64,000 nt of DNA from Chrysomallon squamiferum (taxonomy: Eukaryota; Animalia; Mollusca), in the NCBI GenBank assembly GCA_012295275.1, contig CM022665.1, positions 46,500,001 to 46,564,000 of the forward strand, written 5' to 3'. Position 1 is the stretch's first letter. The number at the start of each line of letters is the position of its first letter. Under the pieces are notes generated by a model that searched no databases, had not been told where the DNA came from, and was given only the letters and a program-made list of their open reading frames with translations. Positions 1 to 14,290 of this stretch are shown here, in pieces. A program made the position numbers and the translations under genes.

Positions 1-401
1 TCCAAATTACACTGATAACAATAAACTCTGCGGCGGAATCACACACTCACTCACTCACTCACTCAATCTACTCCACAGCCGTTGTCGTTGTCGTCGTCGG
101 AAAACGTCGCCGTGTTGCGGTGTGCTGACGTCCAGTAACGACACCAATAATGACGTACGTCCTTCCAAAAAAACGCGGCGTCTTTATGTGATGAACAGCG
201 AGAGTTGTAAAGAACAAAACGTTACGCACACGTGGAACTGTTCGGAAGAACCGGAGAGAAGCGAATCACTGGCGTTCGTTAACAAGAGAGAGAACGCGAC
301 CGACTCGAGCCGATGTCGAGAAACGAAAATCAAGAAGCTTTTCTTTTTGTCCACGTGCACAAGGAATCAATGGACGCTGGGAGGCGCGAGAGAGGTCTCG
401 G
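1..401 (+). promoter_or_regulatory. CpG-rich island ending in a consensus splice donor; probable 5' exon of an unidentified transcript
   Basis: High CpG density and GG|GTAAGA donor at 402. Short open frames from ATG 191 and ATG 313 reach the donor. Confidence 0.4.
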
Positions 402-455
402 GTAAGAGTTCTTCTGCACTCTCGTTCAGCGAGATCTGAACAGATTCCTTGCATT

Positions 456-602
456 CACACACACACACAGCGAGAGAGAGAGAGAGAGCGATATTAATAA
501 CACGTTTTTTAGTTTTTTGTCGCACTTAATACGAAATTACTGTTGTTATGTAATAACCTAATAAGGATGAAATAGTTTGTTGTTTGAAATAGTTTGAAGG
601 TT

Positions 603-669
<67 letters not shown>

Positions 670-870
670 TTAATAACACGTTTTTAGTTTTTTTGAGGGC
701 ACTTTATAGGGAAATTACTGTTGTTACGTAATAACCTAGAGAGAAGGATGAAAGAGTTTGATTGTTGTTGAAGGTTGATCAGAGAGAGAGAGAGGGGGTT
801 TTTAAAACGAAAACTGTTGTTATGTAATAAAAATGGATGAAAAAAAAGTTTTTTGTTGTTGAAGGTTGAT
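456..870 (+). repeat. Degenerate tandem duplication (~150-180 bp units) carrying (CA)n(GA)n
   Basis: atattaataacacgtttt…aaattactgttgtta[t/c]gtaataaccta…aaggatgaaa…gaaggttg occurs twice, with a partial third copy. Confidence 0.85.
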
Positions 871-960
871 CAACGTATTGGGGAAAATTTTCGTTAAAAG
901 GGATAAAAATATTTGGTCATGACGAATCGACGTTTTTATGAAAAAGGTATAGTTTGTGTT

Positions 961-1082
<122 letters not shown>

Positions 1083-2679
1083 TCTGGGTATGTATGTGAG
1101 ATACAGAATATGTGTATGTGTGTGTGTGTGCGTGTGTGTGAAGAAAAAACAAAACAAAAATCACACAAAACATTCTGAATATGAATCTGCGCTTGCTGTT
1201 TGCGTTTACGTCTTGTACGTGAGTGCGCGTGCGTGCGCGTGTGTGGCTGAAGAGAAAAGCAATAAAATAATCACGCAGGTCGTTTTGAATACGAATATAC
1301 GCTTGCTATTTGTCACCGTATTGATCGCTCAGCGCGGTCTCAATCACCAGTTTCTTTTGTTGTCCTACTAGCCCCAACGTGGAATGACATTTACACATTC
1401 ATGGGGAAATCCCGAAATCACTAAATGCCGGTCACTTCTGGAAAGAAAGAAAGAAAGAAAAAAAAAGAAAAAAGAAGAAGAAGAAGCTAAAAGTCCTTTA
1501 CATCCCAGACACGGGTCTTTGTAAACCGGCAGATGATGGCATAATTCTATTCTTGTTATTGCATCCAGCCACTTAGAGTGTTTGCCGTTACACTCGACCA
1601 AATGTCATAAGCACAGAGACACTGTGGAAGGTTAAACTCGAGTTGTGGAGATATGCAGGAGCCGATGTGAATGTTCTGAGCTCATTGAGGAAGTCCAAAT
1701 AAATCAGTTAAATGTCCGATTTCAACTGAATAAATCAAAAAAAAAAAAAACCCCAGCCAAATGTTTTATTCATCTAGTACATCATATTTTCTTTGTGGTG
1801 AAAAAAAAAAAAAAAAATGAAAAAGAAGAAGAAGAAAAAAAAAAAAAAGAAATGATAAAAGAAGTAAAAAAAAGAAAATCGTAAATTTCACACATCTAAT
1901 GAGTACTTTTTTATATTACGTCCAGAAAATAGACGTAGAAATATACGATCATCGTAAATACTGATCAACTGTTCTGAATCCAATAACTTCTACACTCAAC
2001 GAAAAAAATATATATAAAATTAAAAAAAAAGAAAAAAAGAAGTTTAATCAGTCAAACAGGTATTTTACTTTGCTAGGGGTTCAAGCACTAATGTCGTGGA
2101 CAAATTATTCAAGTGAATGTGTCCGAGACCGGATAACGTATTTTGAATATACAGAAATAAATATTTTATTATCAAAATCAAGTTGAAGTTTTGTCGTAAA
2201 AATGATTAAGCAGCTAATACAATTATAGCAAGTAAGTAAGTAAATCAATCAATAAATAAATAAATAAAGTAAAATAAATAAATAATATTTAAAAAAAAAA
2301 AAAAAAAAAAAAAAACAGAAGAAGATTTTTCGTTTTCTTATTTTTCTTATATAATAATTTTTGTCGTATCCATAAAGCGTATTATTTCTCCTGCAGTAAA
2401 TAATTCTTATGATATTCGATACTTTTTTTATTTTTGTTGTATAGATGATCCATAACTAAAGTCTGCTACATTTTTACGTAGTAAATGAACACACAAAGTA
2501 AAAAAACCCAGGTTTAATTGTACCGATTTTTCTGCTTCTTTGCGTTTGAGATAGTTCGATAATTTATCGATTTTTCGATATCTGGATGATTAAGATGATT
2601 ATCAGTTTGATAATTTGATGATTTACACGCCGTGATGATTATAGATAATCCTTAACCGTAGATGCAGACTCTAGATATC

Positions 2680-3172
2680 AACAGCAGCAGCAGTAGCAGC
2701 AGCAACAATAGCAACAACAACAGCAGCAATTATAATAATAGTAAGAATGCTGAAGATTGTGTAGATGTAGTAATAGTTGATGTAGCAGAAGCAGTAGTAG
2801 TAGCTGCCGTAATAATAGTAGTTGTAGTACTGGTAGTAATAGTAGTTGTAGTACTGGTGGTGATATAGTAGTAATAGAAATAGTAACAGTGGTTAGACTA
2901 ACAGTAGTAGTAGACGTAATAGTAGTAGTAGTTGTAGTAGTAGTAATGACAGAAGTATTTTTAGTAGCAGTAGAAGTAATAGTGGAAGTAGTAGTAGTTT
3001 GTATCTGTAGTAGTGCCAGTGGTTGGAATGGTAGTTTCGTAGTAGTAGTAGTAGTAGTAGTAGTAGTAATAGTAGTGGGAGTCATAATTATAATGGTAGT
3101 AGTGGTGCCAGAATTAGTTGTATTAACAGAAGTAGTAGAAGCAGTGATATTGGTATAATAATAGTCGCAGCT

Positions 3173-3225
<53 letters not shown>

Positions 3226-3230
3226 TGTTG
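2680..3230. repeat. Compound (TAG/CAG/CAA)n trinucleotide low-complexity block; similar blocks at 10700-11265, 11670-12140, 36690-37045, 38245-38570, 45390-45715, 53335-53640
   Basis: Direct inspection; source of the poly-V/T/L/I/N pseudo-ORFs. Confidence 0.95.
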
Positions 3231-4000
3231 TAATTTTGTTATATTGAATGTATACGTTCACTGATCATTTATACTTTATATCGACTTGTTGACATTCAAA
3301 CAGAAGTGTGGATTAACAATACACGTTCTGGTTGCTCTGTTTGTTATAAGAGATTCTTAAAATAAACACCATTGATTAATACACGCGATACACTCGTACA
3401 CCTCAAAGGTCATTTTTATGTAGGTACACAGATCGTGTCACCTATAATAAAATATGTGTGTCAGAAAACAACAAAAAAAAAGACGGCCAACCCGAACGTT
3501 ATTTAATTAAAGGTGCTTTGTTTTCACTGCGGAACGAGCAACGTCATTCGCCGGAAGTGCTCTCGGTGACGTTCGGTTTATGTCAACTGGGATCTATCGC
3601 CGTTCGCCATCTTTCTTTTGTTAACTGTGTCGTCTGTCGGAGAAAGCGTTTTATTTTCTTAAACGCGGTTGTTGAGGGAAGCTCACAGATCGTGTTGTCT
3701 GAGTAAACAGACAGTGGCAGTGTCGCACAATCTAACTAATTGAACTTACGTGTCGCGTTAATAACCGCGCGCAGACGTAACACTGAAATCGTATTCGTAT
3801 TTATTTGTTCTCAGGTAGAGAAGCACAAGAAAAGGTTGCATCAAAGACGAGAACACTGGGTTTTTTCTTCAGTCAAAAAGCAACGGTTTGGTTGGTTTCT
3901 CTTCTGTTTTAAAAGAAAATATATATAAAAAACAAACACGCAGTAAATTCACTGCAGTGAAAATCGATTCGTTTGTCCCTTGCATCTTACTCAGACGCGT

Positions 4001-4143
<143 letters not shown>

Positions 4144-5168
4144 CACAGCACAAATATTGTGTGAGGTTTCTGAACAAGTCGCAGAGGAATAAAAAAAAAA
4201 AACGCGTCTAAGAAGTTTCAAACGTGATTATCAAAGTCTTGTCTGTCTGAGCGGATAAATTTACGAATTTTATTTTTATCTCGAAATATTAAATTTGTTT
4301 CACGAATTGACATCAGAGCTGACTTAGTTTTGCGTCACTGCTTCAGTTTCAGTTTGAGAGAAAAAAAGAAATGGAAGAAGAAAAAAAAAGGGAAAGAAAA
4401 TGGGTTATTTGGATCTTTGATCTTTTATTTATTTCGTTTATTTATTTATTTATTTATTTATTTTATTATTATTATTACTAATATTTTTCTTGACCCTTCG
4501 TTTGCTTTTAATTTTTAACTTTTTTTTATTTATTAAATACTTTGCTTTTTTAATATTTATTTTGCTTTTTTATTTATTTATTTTATTCTTCTCTATTAAT
4601 TGGATTTTTAAAACAGACACAGATGCGTTTCATGAACTGCCCAAACTGATTTCACAACGACAATCAGACCAGTCACAGAAACTATTCCTTTTAAATCGAA
4701 ATACTGTTAAACCGAACACATTTAACACAACTACTTATTTCCACTCCTTATACCCAATCTCCCAAATAAAACAAGTCTGACCATTATAACCAGGAACTGT
4801 TATGACTCTGTGTGTGTGATAGAGATACCGCAAAGAACAAAACTCTCGTTTTCTAAGTCCACTTTTATGACAAACAGTTAAAAAGAAAAAACCTTTCATC
4901 TCCTAACAGCGTCCTGATCTTTGGAGATACTGTGTTTAATACCGCTTTTAAAATCCCGTGTATTTGGTACCAGATCTTTTTTTTATTATTATTATCAAAG
5001 ATGAGGTCATTTCGGATACTCGCAGACGTTTTAAGACAACTTTTTAAGGGGATGGGTGTATAATGAAGGAGTCAGGACATCGATAAAAGTCGCCATCTTT
5101 GTGGTTATTATAATTATCAAGATGAAATCAGCTTCATTATGATGAAGTAACCATCAGCAGATGATGAG

Positions 5169-5790
5169 GTAGACTATAAGCTTCACTGTGAAGACATAAG
5201 CTACTGATGTAGACTATAAGATTCACTGTGAAGACATAACCTACTGATGTAGATATATAAGATTCACTGTGAAGACATAACCTACTGATGTAGATATATA
5301 AGATTCACCGTGAAGACATAACCTACTGATGTAGACTATAAGCTTCACCGTGAAGACATAACCTACTGATGTAGACTATAAACTTCACTGTGAAGACATA
5401 ACCTACTGATGTAGACCAGAAGCTTCACTGTGAAGACATAACCTACTGATGTAGACTATAAGCTTCACTGTGAAGACATAACCTACTGATGTAGACTATA
5501 AGCTTCACTGTGAAGACATAACCTACTGATGTAGACTATAAACTTCACTGTGAAGACATAACCTACTGATGTAGACTATAAGTTTCACTGTGAAGACATA
5601 ACCTACTGATGTAGACTATAAGATTCACTGTGAAGACATAACCTACTGAGGTAGACTATAAGATTCACTGTGAAGACATAACCTACTGATGTAGACTATA
5701 AACTTCACTGTGAAGACATAACCTACTGATCTGGACTATAAGATTCATGTGGACATAAACTGATGAAGACATAACCTACTGATCTAGACT
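5169..5790 (+). repeat. 40-bp minisatellite, ~14-15 copies
   Basis: Unit gtagactataagcttcactgtgaagacataacctactgat, with an internal palindrome CTTCAC-T-GTGAAG. Confidence 0.97.
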
Positions 5791-6476
5791 ATCTGGACAA
5801 CTGTAACAATTCTCCAGAAGAAGCTGTATGACACAAGAAGTGATCTACAGAGAACAGAATCATTCGCAGTCACTGCAGCCGACTTTGACGCGTTGTCGAC
5901 AAGCGAACGAAAAGTACAAGACTACGAAGACATTATTATCGTTCCAAAAATGAAAAAAAAAAAAAAAAAAAAAACAGATTATTGTGACGCAAACTGCTGG
6001 ATTCGTATTTGTCGTGTCAGAGAGTGAATCTGATCAGCTAAACATAATGACGTTTAATTTTAAATAAAAAAAAAAAATGAAGGAAAAAATGACGTAAATG
6101 TTTTCACAGGAAACGTAAACGAACACGATGACAATGTTTAAAGGCAAAACTATTAATTACCATCAGATGGATTTAAACTTTGATGACTGCCCTCAGTGCG
6201 AGAGTTTTACAAATCGTGTCCTTACACAATGGTGTGTAATTAGGTCTGGTAATAAAACTTTCCTCTGGCCAAAATTATTCGGCGCCCGTTTGTCGCATCC
6301 CGGTAAAACTTTCCATAATGGGTTTTCTCAGCATCGTAATCTTGAAATCCTTCTTTAAATATTGAATGGAAAGCGAACCAGGCAGCCCGTGGAGAATAGA
6401 GGATTAAATAAAAATAAGTTGTTAAACGTAACAGTTAGCGTAAGGATAAAAACTAAAAATTCATATTTAAATTTTA

Positions 6477-6509
<33 letters not shown>

Positions 6510-6550
6510 CCATTTTACAAAGGTGGTGTCATACAATCAGATTTAAGCTA

Positions 6551-6587
<37 letters not shown>

Positions 6588-6689
6588 GGAGAATAAAGGA
6601 AATATTTTGATTTAATGATAAGCTGAAACAGTTTTGGTGATTTTTACTTGACATTAACACAACCACTAAGATAAAGACAGAAGAAACAC

Positions 6690-6755
6690 GCTGTCGCCAC
6701 TACTTTCCGTTTAGCAGCAATGGTTCCTTTATTTGCACCATCCCGTAAACAGTAT
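6690..6755 (-). mobile_element. SINE-body relic; related fragments at ~26265-26380, ~29105-29165, ~49750-49795, ~61475-61620
   Basis: Reverse complement gggatggtgcaaataaaggaaccattgctgctaaacggaaagtag resembles 29113 gggagaaggtacatataaa…attgctaatcgaaaaag and ~26300 ttgctactaatggaa. Resemblance to a gastropod SINE is from recall only. Confidence 0.45.
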
Positions 6756-9234
6756 AAAAAATAATAATAATTACTGTTGGTCTTCCTTGTTTCAGATAAC
6801 GTCTCATTGTGTAGATATACCATGTTTAATTTTAGTATTAATGATACGATTGTTAAATAAGAATTTAGAGTTTCTTTACATACGTATCAAAACAGAGCAC
6901 AGTATATGAAAAAATACGATATGTAGCTTCATATGAGACCGTATTATATTATGTCATATCACATAATGTTATATCATATTACATAATATATTATTTGTAT
7001 CATATACATCATATTTAGTCGTATTCAAGGTTTATATTACATACATATATTTTAAAGGGGATCCTTAATTTTTTTATTTTTTTTTTTTTTTTCTTGGTCA
7101 CCTATCAGTACTGAAAATTTCAATCCCACTTTTTTTTTTCTTTTATTTCAATCCTTTTCTTTTTTTTTTTTTTTTTTTTTTACATTCTTTTTTTTTTTTT
7201 TTAATGAATTCTCTTTTTTTTTTTACAGCTCTGGCTAAAAATCGGTAACATAACTTCGAAAATCATGCGATGATAACGTGAACACAAGAATAAAAACTTT
7301 AACATATTACATCAACGTGTTTATTCAAGTTACCCAGCATGAGAGCACCTTTAGTCGAGGAAAAGAAAATGAGTTATCAAAAAAAAAAAAAAAAAAAAAA
7401 AAAAAGTGAATGAAGCGGAAATGTCGTAAATGTAAGTTAATTACAAAATGAATAGTTGTCTCCCCCTTTTTTTTTCAAAATTCTTCTGAAGAAAAAAATA
7501 AAAGGAAGGAAGGAAGAAGGAAGCGAGAATGAATGAGCGAAAGAAAGAACAGTTCCATAGCATGATTGCATCTTGAAGCAATGAAAAAAAAAAAAAAAAG
7601 GATCATAAAAAAATTATGAGTAGAAGGAAAAAGTCCCATGAATGGTAAGTTATTATTATTATTATTATTTTTTATTTTTTCACTTTTAAAAGTTAGAGAG
7701 AAAAAAATGAAGACGAACGATTTAAAGGAACAGAAAGAAAAACGAACTATATATATATATTTTTTAAATTATTATTAATTTATTTATTTTAATGATTTAA
7801 GACAAAAATCTGAAAGAAAGAAAGAAAGCAAGAACGAACGAAAGGGGGATACAATAAAAGTAATAAAACAATTGTATTTTCATCTCAGAAAAAAAAAAAA
7901 AAAAAAAGTGAAAGATACAGGAAAGAGAGAGATAGAAAAAAAAAAGACAACATGTGTTGCAGACAAGAAAGAAAGAAAACAATAATTTATTACAAGTCTT
8001 TAATTAAATCGGATTTAAAATAAAAAAATAAAATAAATAAAATAAATAAACGACGACAAAAGCATCCATTTTGGTTCGTTCTAACTGAACCAATTTCGAT
8101 CGGAAGGAAAGAAACGGAACGAACGAAATCCTCGCGTGATCAGATGACCTTCACCTTGATGACGGATGACAAAAAGACGAGCTCGACTCCTGATTGGATA
8201 ACGCACAGATTATTAGCTGATTAATTTACCGACGTTCCCTGGGATATGTTTATCATAAGACAACTATCTCATGAATAAAAAAAAACAGTTCCTTTTTACT
8301 TTTCTGTTTTTTTTTTTTTTAAATATTTTTAAAAGCGAACTACGAAAACACGGGATATCATTTACGTTCTTTTTTTTTTTTTGCGATGACATACTGAACC
8401 ACTTTGAATCAGCAATCTGTTATAAAGGCAACAAGACAAGAAAGTCTGCCACCTTATTGTTGGTTCAGATCTGAAGTCCGGAAGACATCAGGATCGCGTC
8501 CAGTTACCAACTTCTACCAAAATTACACACCCTAAAAAAAAATGCCAAAAAAAAACCCTAAAAAAACAAGGGTGTTCTAATAGTTTTAAAATTCTCCAAG
8601 TGGAGAGGTGCAAAAAATATTTTTTTTTTTTTTTCTCTTTAACCAGTGTTTCAACATTCCAACAAAAACTTGACTAGAAAGAACAGAATTCTTGATTACT
8701 GGCACGAGAGAGGTGTGTTCTAGAATGTTCAGTGATCGATTGATTGATCAACAAATGCTTGCTGGACATCATTACATAGATATGGATTTGGGAGTAAGGA
8801 AAAGTCGAATTTTCAGTAGATGTAAACATTTTTAAAACGTCGATCGATCGACTGATTAGCAAATGTTTGCCGGACATCATTACACAGGGAACTCATTTTT
8901 CTTGACACCGTTGAAAAATATGTCACTGTGAATGAGCGGCTTCGGGTAAAGCATGAAAAATATGAATATTTACATCAAGCGGCAGAGAGCGGTGCAACAG
9001 AGGGACTATAGATTACAAATTATATGATAATCTAGGAAGTGGGAATAACCTCCTGCAAAATCTGAACCACCCGAGAGATTACTCGAAAAATTCATTTTGA
9101 CTGTATTCATTTTGACTGTATGTCACCATTGGAGTAAAGAAAACAGTTATAATAATAACGAAAATAAAATTCTGTGAAAGTTTTAAAACAAAATGGTTTG
9201 TGATACTGAAAATAGCAATTGTTGATATAACCCC

Positions 9235-9385
9235 AGTTATAATCTTGAGATACTGGAAAATGTGATTACAGGTTTGTATTGTTATTATTTCGATTATAAT
9301 CTAGAGATACTAGAAAATGCGATTACAGGTTTGTATGCTTATAATTTAGATTATAATCTAGAGATACTGAAAAGTGTAATTTCGC

Positions 9386-9417
<32 letters not shown>

Positions 9418-9560
9418 CTAGATTACAAACAAGAAATACTGAAAAATATAATTTCACGTGTTTGTTGTGATAATCTAAATTACAGTCTAGACCTACGAAC
9501 AAGTTTAATTTCACGTTTTTGTCGTGATAACCCAGATTACAATCCCAGAGATGCTTAAAC
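9235..9560 (+). repeat. Degenerate ~55-60-bp tandem repeat
   Basis: Recurring gattataatctagagatact…aaaat…gtttgt. Confidence 0.8.
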
Positions 9561-10728
9561 GTATAATAATTCAAGTTACAGTTTAGAGACACTCTGCTAC
9601 AAAACCAGCCTTTCAGTGAAGGAGAAGAGTGTTTAAGGATTACAGGCAATGATTTTTCCTATTTCTTGTCAATATCTTTTAGCGCAAACGTCAACAGCTT
9701 ACACAGAAAGCAAGTCAATCGATCTATGAAGAAGACACAGAAAAGCGACATGAGAAAAAAAAAAAAAAAAGAGAAGAAATGAATCATTTCTATTAAACAC
9801 TGATCCATAATTGGAAACCATTTACATTTCCTCGGACACGCACAAAAACCCGACCCTATGGGGACAGTAATTCTGACCGGCAGGACGGTTACTGAAGCAC
9901 GAAAACGGCCACCGTGTCTTGGAGCTACGGTTTAATCCAGAAGACAAATAAATTCGAGTATCTGTTTCGATTACCATTGTTTGGTTATGGTATTTGCTGC
10001 ATAATCGCTTTGTGCGGTCTTCGTCGATGGAGATGACCGAGAGAGAGCGATAGAGAGAGAGAGGCGGCTTCGCAGGGTAAATACTTGGTATCTGCATATT
10101 CACTTTTAACATGCACGCAGTGATAAGATCAGAATGGCGTATATTAACATGGTCGTACACAATACACTGCCGGAGAAGTATGGATTGACGTTAAAGAGTC
10201 GAAATGAACACATCGGGAACGATTAAGTTCGAGATATCGGGATAACTGCTCGTATGTCGAAATGCTCATTTGTAATTCTGATGTCGTCGATATTACTGAG
10301 AACAGAAACGAATGATGATGTTGCAGGTTGTTTTGGGGGTTTTTTTTTTTTTTTTAGGTTGTTTATTTATTTTTGTTGTCGTTGCTGTTGTTGACATTGG
10401 TTGGTGATGATGATATACTGTCGTATTAAATGGTGTTAGTATGTTGTACCAACATCTTTTATTTACTATTTACATAAGAAGAATGTGTTTGCCAAAACAA
10501 CAAGGAAATGTTGAAGAAAATATTGGAATGGGCAATATTTCAGTGTGGATGAAATCAAAGACTAATGTCATATGAATAATTTAAATTTCTTGTTAACATT
10601 AAGTTTAAGCTAGGAATTAAAGTAACAGTATCTTCGACATTGTATTATATTATGTTCAGTTGCTGTTGTTGATATCATTACAATTTTATCATCATTATCT
10701 ACTATTTCTATTTATATTACTGTTACTG

Positions 10729-10761
<33 letters not shown>

Positions 10762-11200
10762 ACTGCTACTGCATCCACCAGTACTCTCACCACTACTACC
10801 ACTGCTACAATACTTCTACACTTATTATAATTTTACTACTACTGCTACAACTTCTGCTACTACTACGGATTAAAACATCAACAGCAACAACAACAATAAC
10901 AGCAGCGGTAACAACAACAACAATAATAATAATAATGCTACTGTTACTACTACTACTGCTAATACTACTGTTGTTACTTTATTAAAATTACTACAACACC
11001 ACCATCACCACCACCATCACCACCACCACCACAACTACTACTAACTACTATAATTACTATTCGTGCTACCACTACTACTACTACTACGTTTACTACTACA
11101 GCAACCACTACTACTACTACTACTACTACTTTTACTACTACTGCTACCACTACTACTGTTACTTCTACTACTACTGCCACCGTTACTATTACTACTATTG

Positions 11201-11255
<55 letters not shown>

Positions 11256-12076
11256 TACTACTACAATCCCATCTGTCACGCTTTCTTACGTCTCCATCTT
11301 CGTCCTCTAATCAGCTGTCTGCGTACGTTCAATGATGTATAAATTACACGCGAGAGCCTGGCACAATTTTACGACTCTGAGCTGTCCGTAATTACTAAAA
11401 AGTGTGGGGACAAAAAAATTAAAAAACAAAATCACCCTCTTCTCTTTTGATCGATTGACCGTTGGAAGAGTGGTCCTTGGAGACGAGGTCAGTGTCAAAG
11501 TGTGGACGCAGTGGGCACTGTGACGTCGTTAACGTGGTTATTTCCCGTATTAGCATACATATTGGCTTTGAATACGTATTAGACATCCTAACGAAGCCAG
11601 CAGTGACCATCTGATGTGCTGATCATATTATTACCGTACGTTTTCAACTATAGGACCTTTTTCTACGGCTTTACTACAACACCAACTACTACTACTACTA
11701 CAACTATTACTACTACAATTATTACTAATACTACAACAACTACTACTACTACAATTATTACTACTACTACAACAACAACTAAAACTACAATTATTACTAC
11801 AACTACTACTACTGCTAACTACTAGTACTACTACTACAACTACTACAATTACGTCTACTACTACTGCGGCTATTAAAACAATGGCTAGTACTACTACAAC
11901 TACTGTACGACGATAACAGCAACTATTACTGCTAGTAGTAGTACTGCCACTATTACTATTACTACTATTACTACGTAACACTATTATTACTACCATCAAT
12001 ATTTTACTGCTTCTACCACTATTATTACTATTACTACTACTGTTATTATTATTAATAATAATAATATTATTATTAT

Positions 12077-12111
<35 letters not shown>

Positions 12112-12221
12112 TAATTGTAGTGATAGTAGTAGTAGTAGCAGCGGTAGTACATAAATATTAAGACAAATGATCAGATATAATAATAAGAAGAAGAAGAAGA
12201 AGAAGAAAAATTATCAGATAT

Positions 12222-12266
<45 letters not shown>

Positions 12267-12788
12267 AATAATATAAATGAAGATCCCAAAAGGTTAAATA
12301 TTCCGGTAACGAATTCTTAAATTATTGTTATTCTCCTCAATGAAATGTAAATACTGTATAAACAGAACACATACTACTCGTGTGTCTAATGTTATCTGGA
12401 GGTCGGAGAGTCCGATATTGGAAAGTTCATCAGCAGCAAGGATCAGCTTTCCTAGAAGCCACGGAATAAATACTGGGATTACGAAACTTAACACTGGACC
12501 GAAAGAGAATAAGAATCAATAAGAATTAAATTCGAGTAATTTTTTTTTTTTTTTTTTTTTTTTGATATATGTCAGTTTTACGTTACAAAACATTATTGGC
12601 ATATAAATTGGCCAGACATAATCAGAAAGTTGAAACTGTCGAACAGAGCTTGCCTTTGGATAATACCTTTCAAGCTTTTTATAACAACAGTTTCTGCATC
12701 AGTCGCTCTCTAAGATATTTATGTTATCTTTATGGCACGGAGAGCCGTTAGCTCTAACTATATCAAATTATTGCCAGTTCCAACCACT

Positions 12789-12886
12789 GCTTCTTAATAG
12801 TTCGTTGCGCGGCAATCGTATATTTTGTTGCTAAACAGAAACAAATTGTTTGAAATATTGCCGCGTAATGAACTGAATAAACAAGT
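12789..12886. repeat. Imperfect inverted repeat / hairpin
   Basis: agttcgttgcgcggcaat (12799-12816) pairs over all 18 nt, with two G-U, to attgccgcgtaatgaact (12857-12874); weaker pairing inside and outside. Confidence 0.75.
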
Positions 12887-13706
12887 CTTTTTTTAAAACA
12901 TAAAACGTATTTGCGGATATAAAAATGAATTCAGAAATGCAAAGGTATAAAAATGGTTGACTGGAAACAAAACTAAATACGTCAAGAATAAATATCACAA
13001 ATCAGATTTTGATTTGGAAACTGCAAAGAAGGAGAATAAACAAAATGAAAATATTGAGAAGCGATATTGCTAAAGTTAATAAAACGAAAGATATTTTCTG
13101 AAGTTGTCTGAGAATTTGTATCAAAGCAGTGGATTGTTTATGTATGTACATCGGTTTACAAGGCACAAAAATAATCATCAACTTTTTATCTGTTTCAAAT
13201 TTATACGAAGCAGAAATTACATTTTATAAAAAAAAAAAAAAAAAAAAACTGTTTTCGTTCTTTTTTTCATTATTCGTATGTATGTTTTTGTGACTGTGTG
13301 TGTGCGTATATATAATTAAAATACATGCATATGTAACGACAAATAATTAGCAATATGGACCAACACCAGTGTTTTTATTTTTATTTTCTCTATCTCATCA
13401 TCTCTTTCTTCCACTTTTAATTTTCTTTCGTTGTATATTTCCCTGCCTTATCCATTCTTCACCTTTCCTCAGATCTCAGAAGATTAAAATAAATTAAAAA
13501 AAAAAAAAAAAAAAAAAAATTTTTTTTTTTTTTTTTTTCATTTGTCATGTAACTTTCGCTTCTGATAGACAAGGTGTATTCAGTCTGCTGTTGTAATTGG
13601 CAAACTGGTCCCAGGCTGCACTCAGAGAACTGGGACTGGTCACAATGGCGCCGCAACAAGACGAAAAAATTCAATACCCGAAGAAAATCTTCTACAGACA
13701 AGAAAA

Positions 13707-13761
<55 letters not shown>

Positions 13762-13948
13762 CGTGGACTGGGGGGAGATGGACAGTTCGCAGCTTATTTT
13801 CATGCGCCGGCTTTAATCAGAGAAAAGAAAACATTTTCTTTTCCAACAGACAAGCGTTATCACCAGACAATCAAACGGATTCTGCAAGAGGATTCGCAGA
13901 CGTGCGGACTGACAGAAAGCAGAGAAGGCGGGTTTCGCGTGGTTCGAG

Positions 13949-14010
13949 AAGTCGACACTTCACCAGCGAAGTCGACACTTCATCAGCAAAGTCGACACTT
14001 CACCAGCGGT
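13949..14010 (+). repeat. 20-bp tandem repeat x3
   Basis: aagtcgacacttca[c/t]cagc[g/a] three times. Confidence 0.9.
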
Positions 14011-14201
14011 CGACGTTGCTGATCAAACAGAGTTTTAATTCTAATTCACAGACTCGTTTAATAGTAATATCTGATTTTTAGAGAATTGTTTGGGGTTTTT
14101 TTTGGTTTTTAGTCTTAGTCGCTGTATGAAAGGCTAAAAAGAAAATTAATCAGTTTCTGAATCTTCTCACTGATGAATTCAAACAAAAAAAAACACTGGT
14201 A

Positions 14202-14290
14202 GACAGCGTGGTTCAGTGGTTAGAGAGCTCTCGTGTGAGACATGACGGGTCGCTGTATCGAACCTCCCCAGAGAGACAAACCGATTACTT
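14202..14290 (+). mobile_element. Degenerate tRNA-derived SINE head
   Basis: A-box-like TGGTTCAGTGG (14209-14219) and B-box-like GTATCGAACC (14255-14264) at tRNA spacing, without a complete cloverleaf. Confidence 0.5.

Noticed and set aside
5800-5975. ~55-codon open frame after the 40-bp array (…KKLYDTRSDLQRTESFAVTAADFDALSTSERK…)
   Set aside because: Weak acceptor, no start codon or donor, runs into a poly-A tract.
14202-14290. Functional tRNA gene
   Set aside because: Degenerate B box and no intact acceptor or anticodon stems; better read as a SINE relic.
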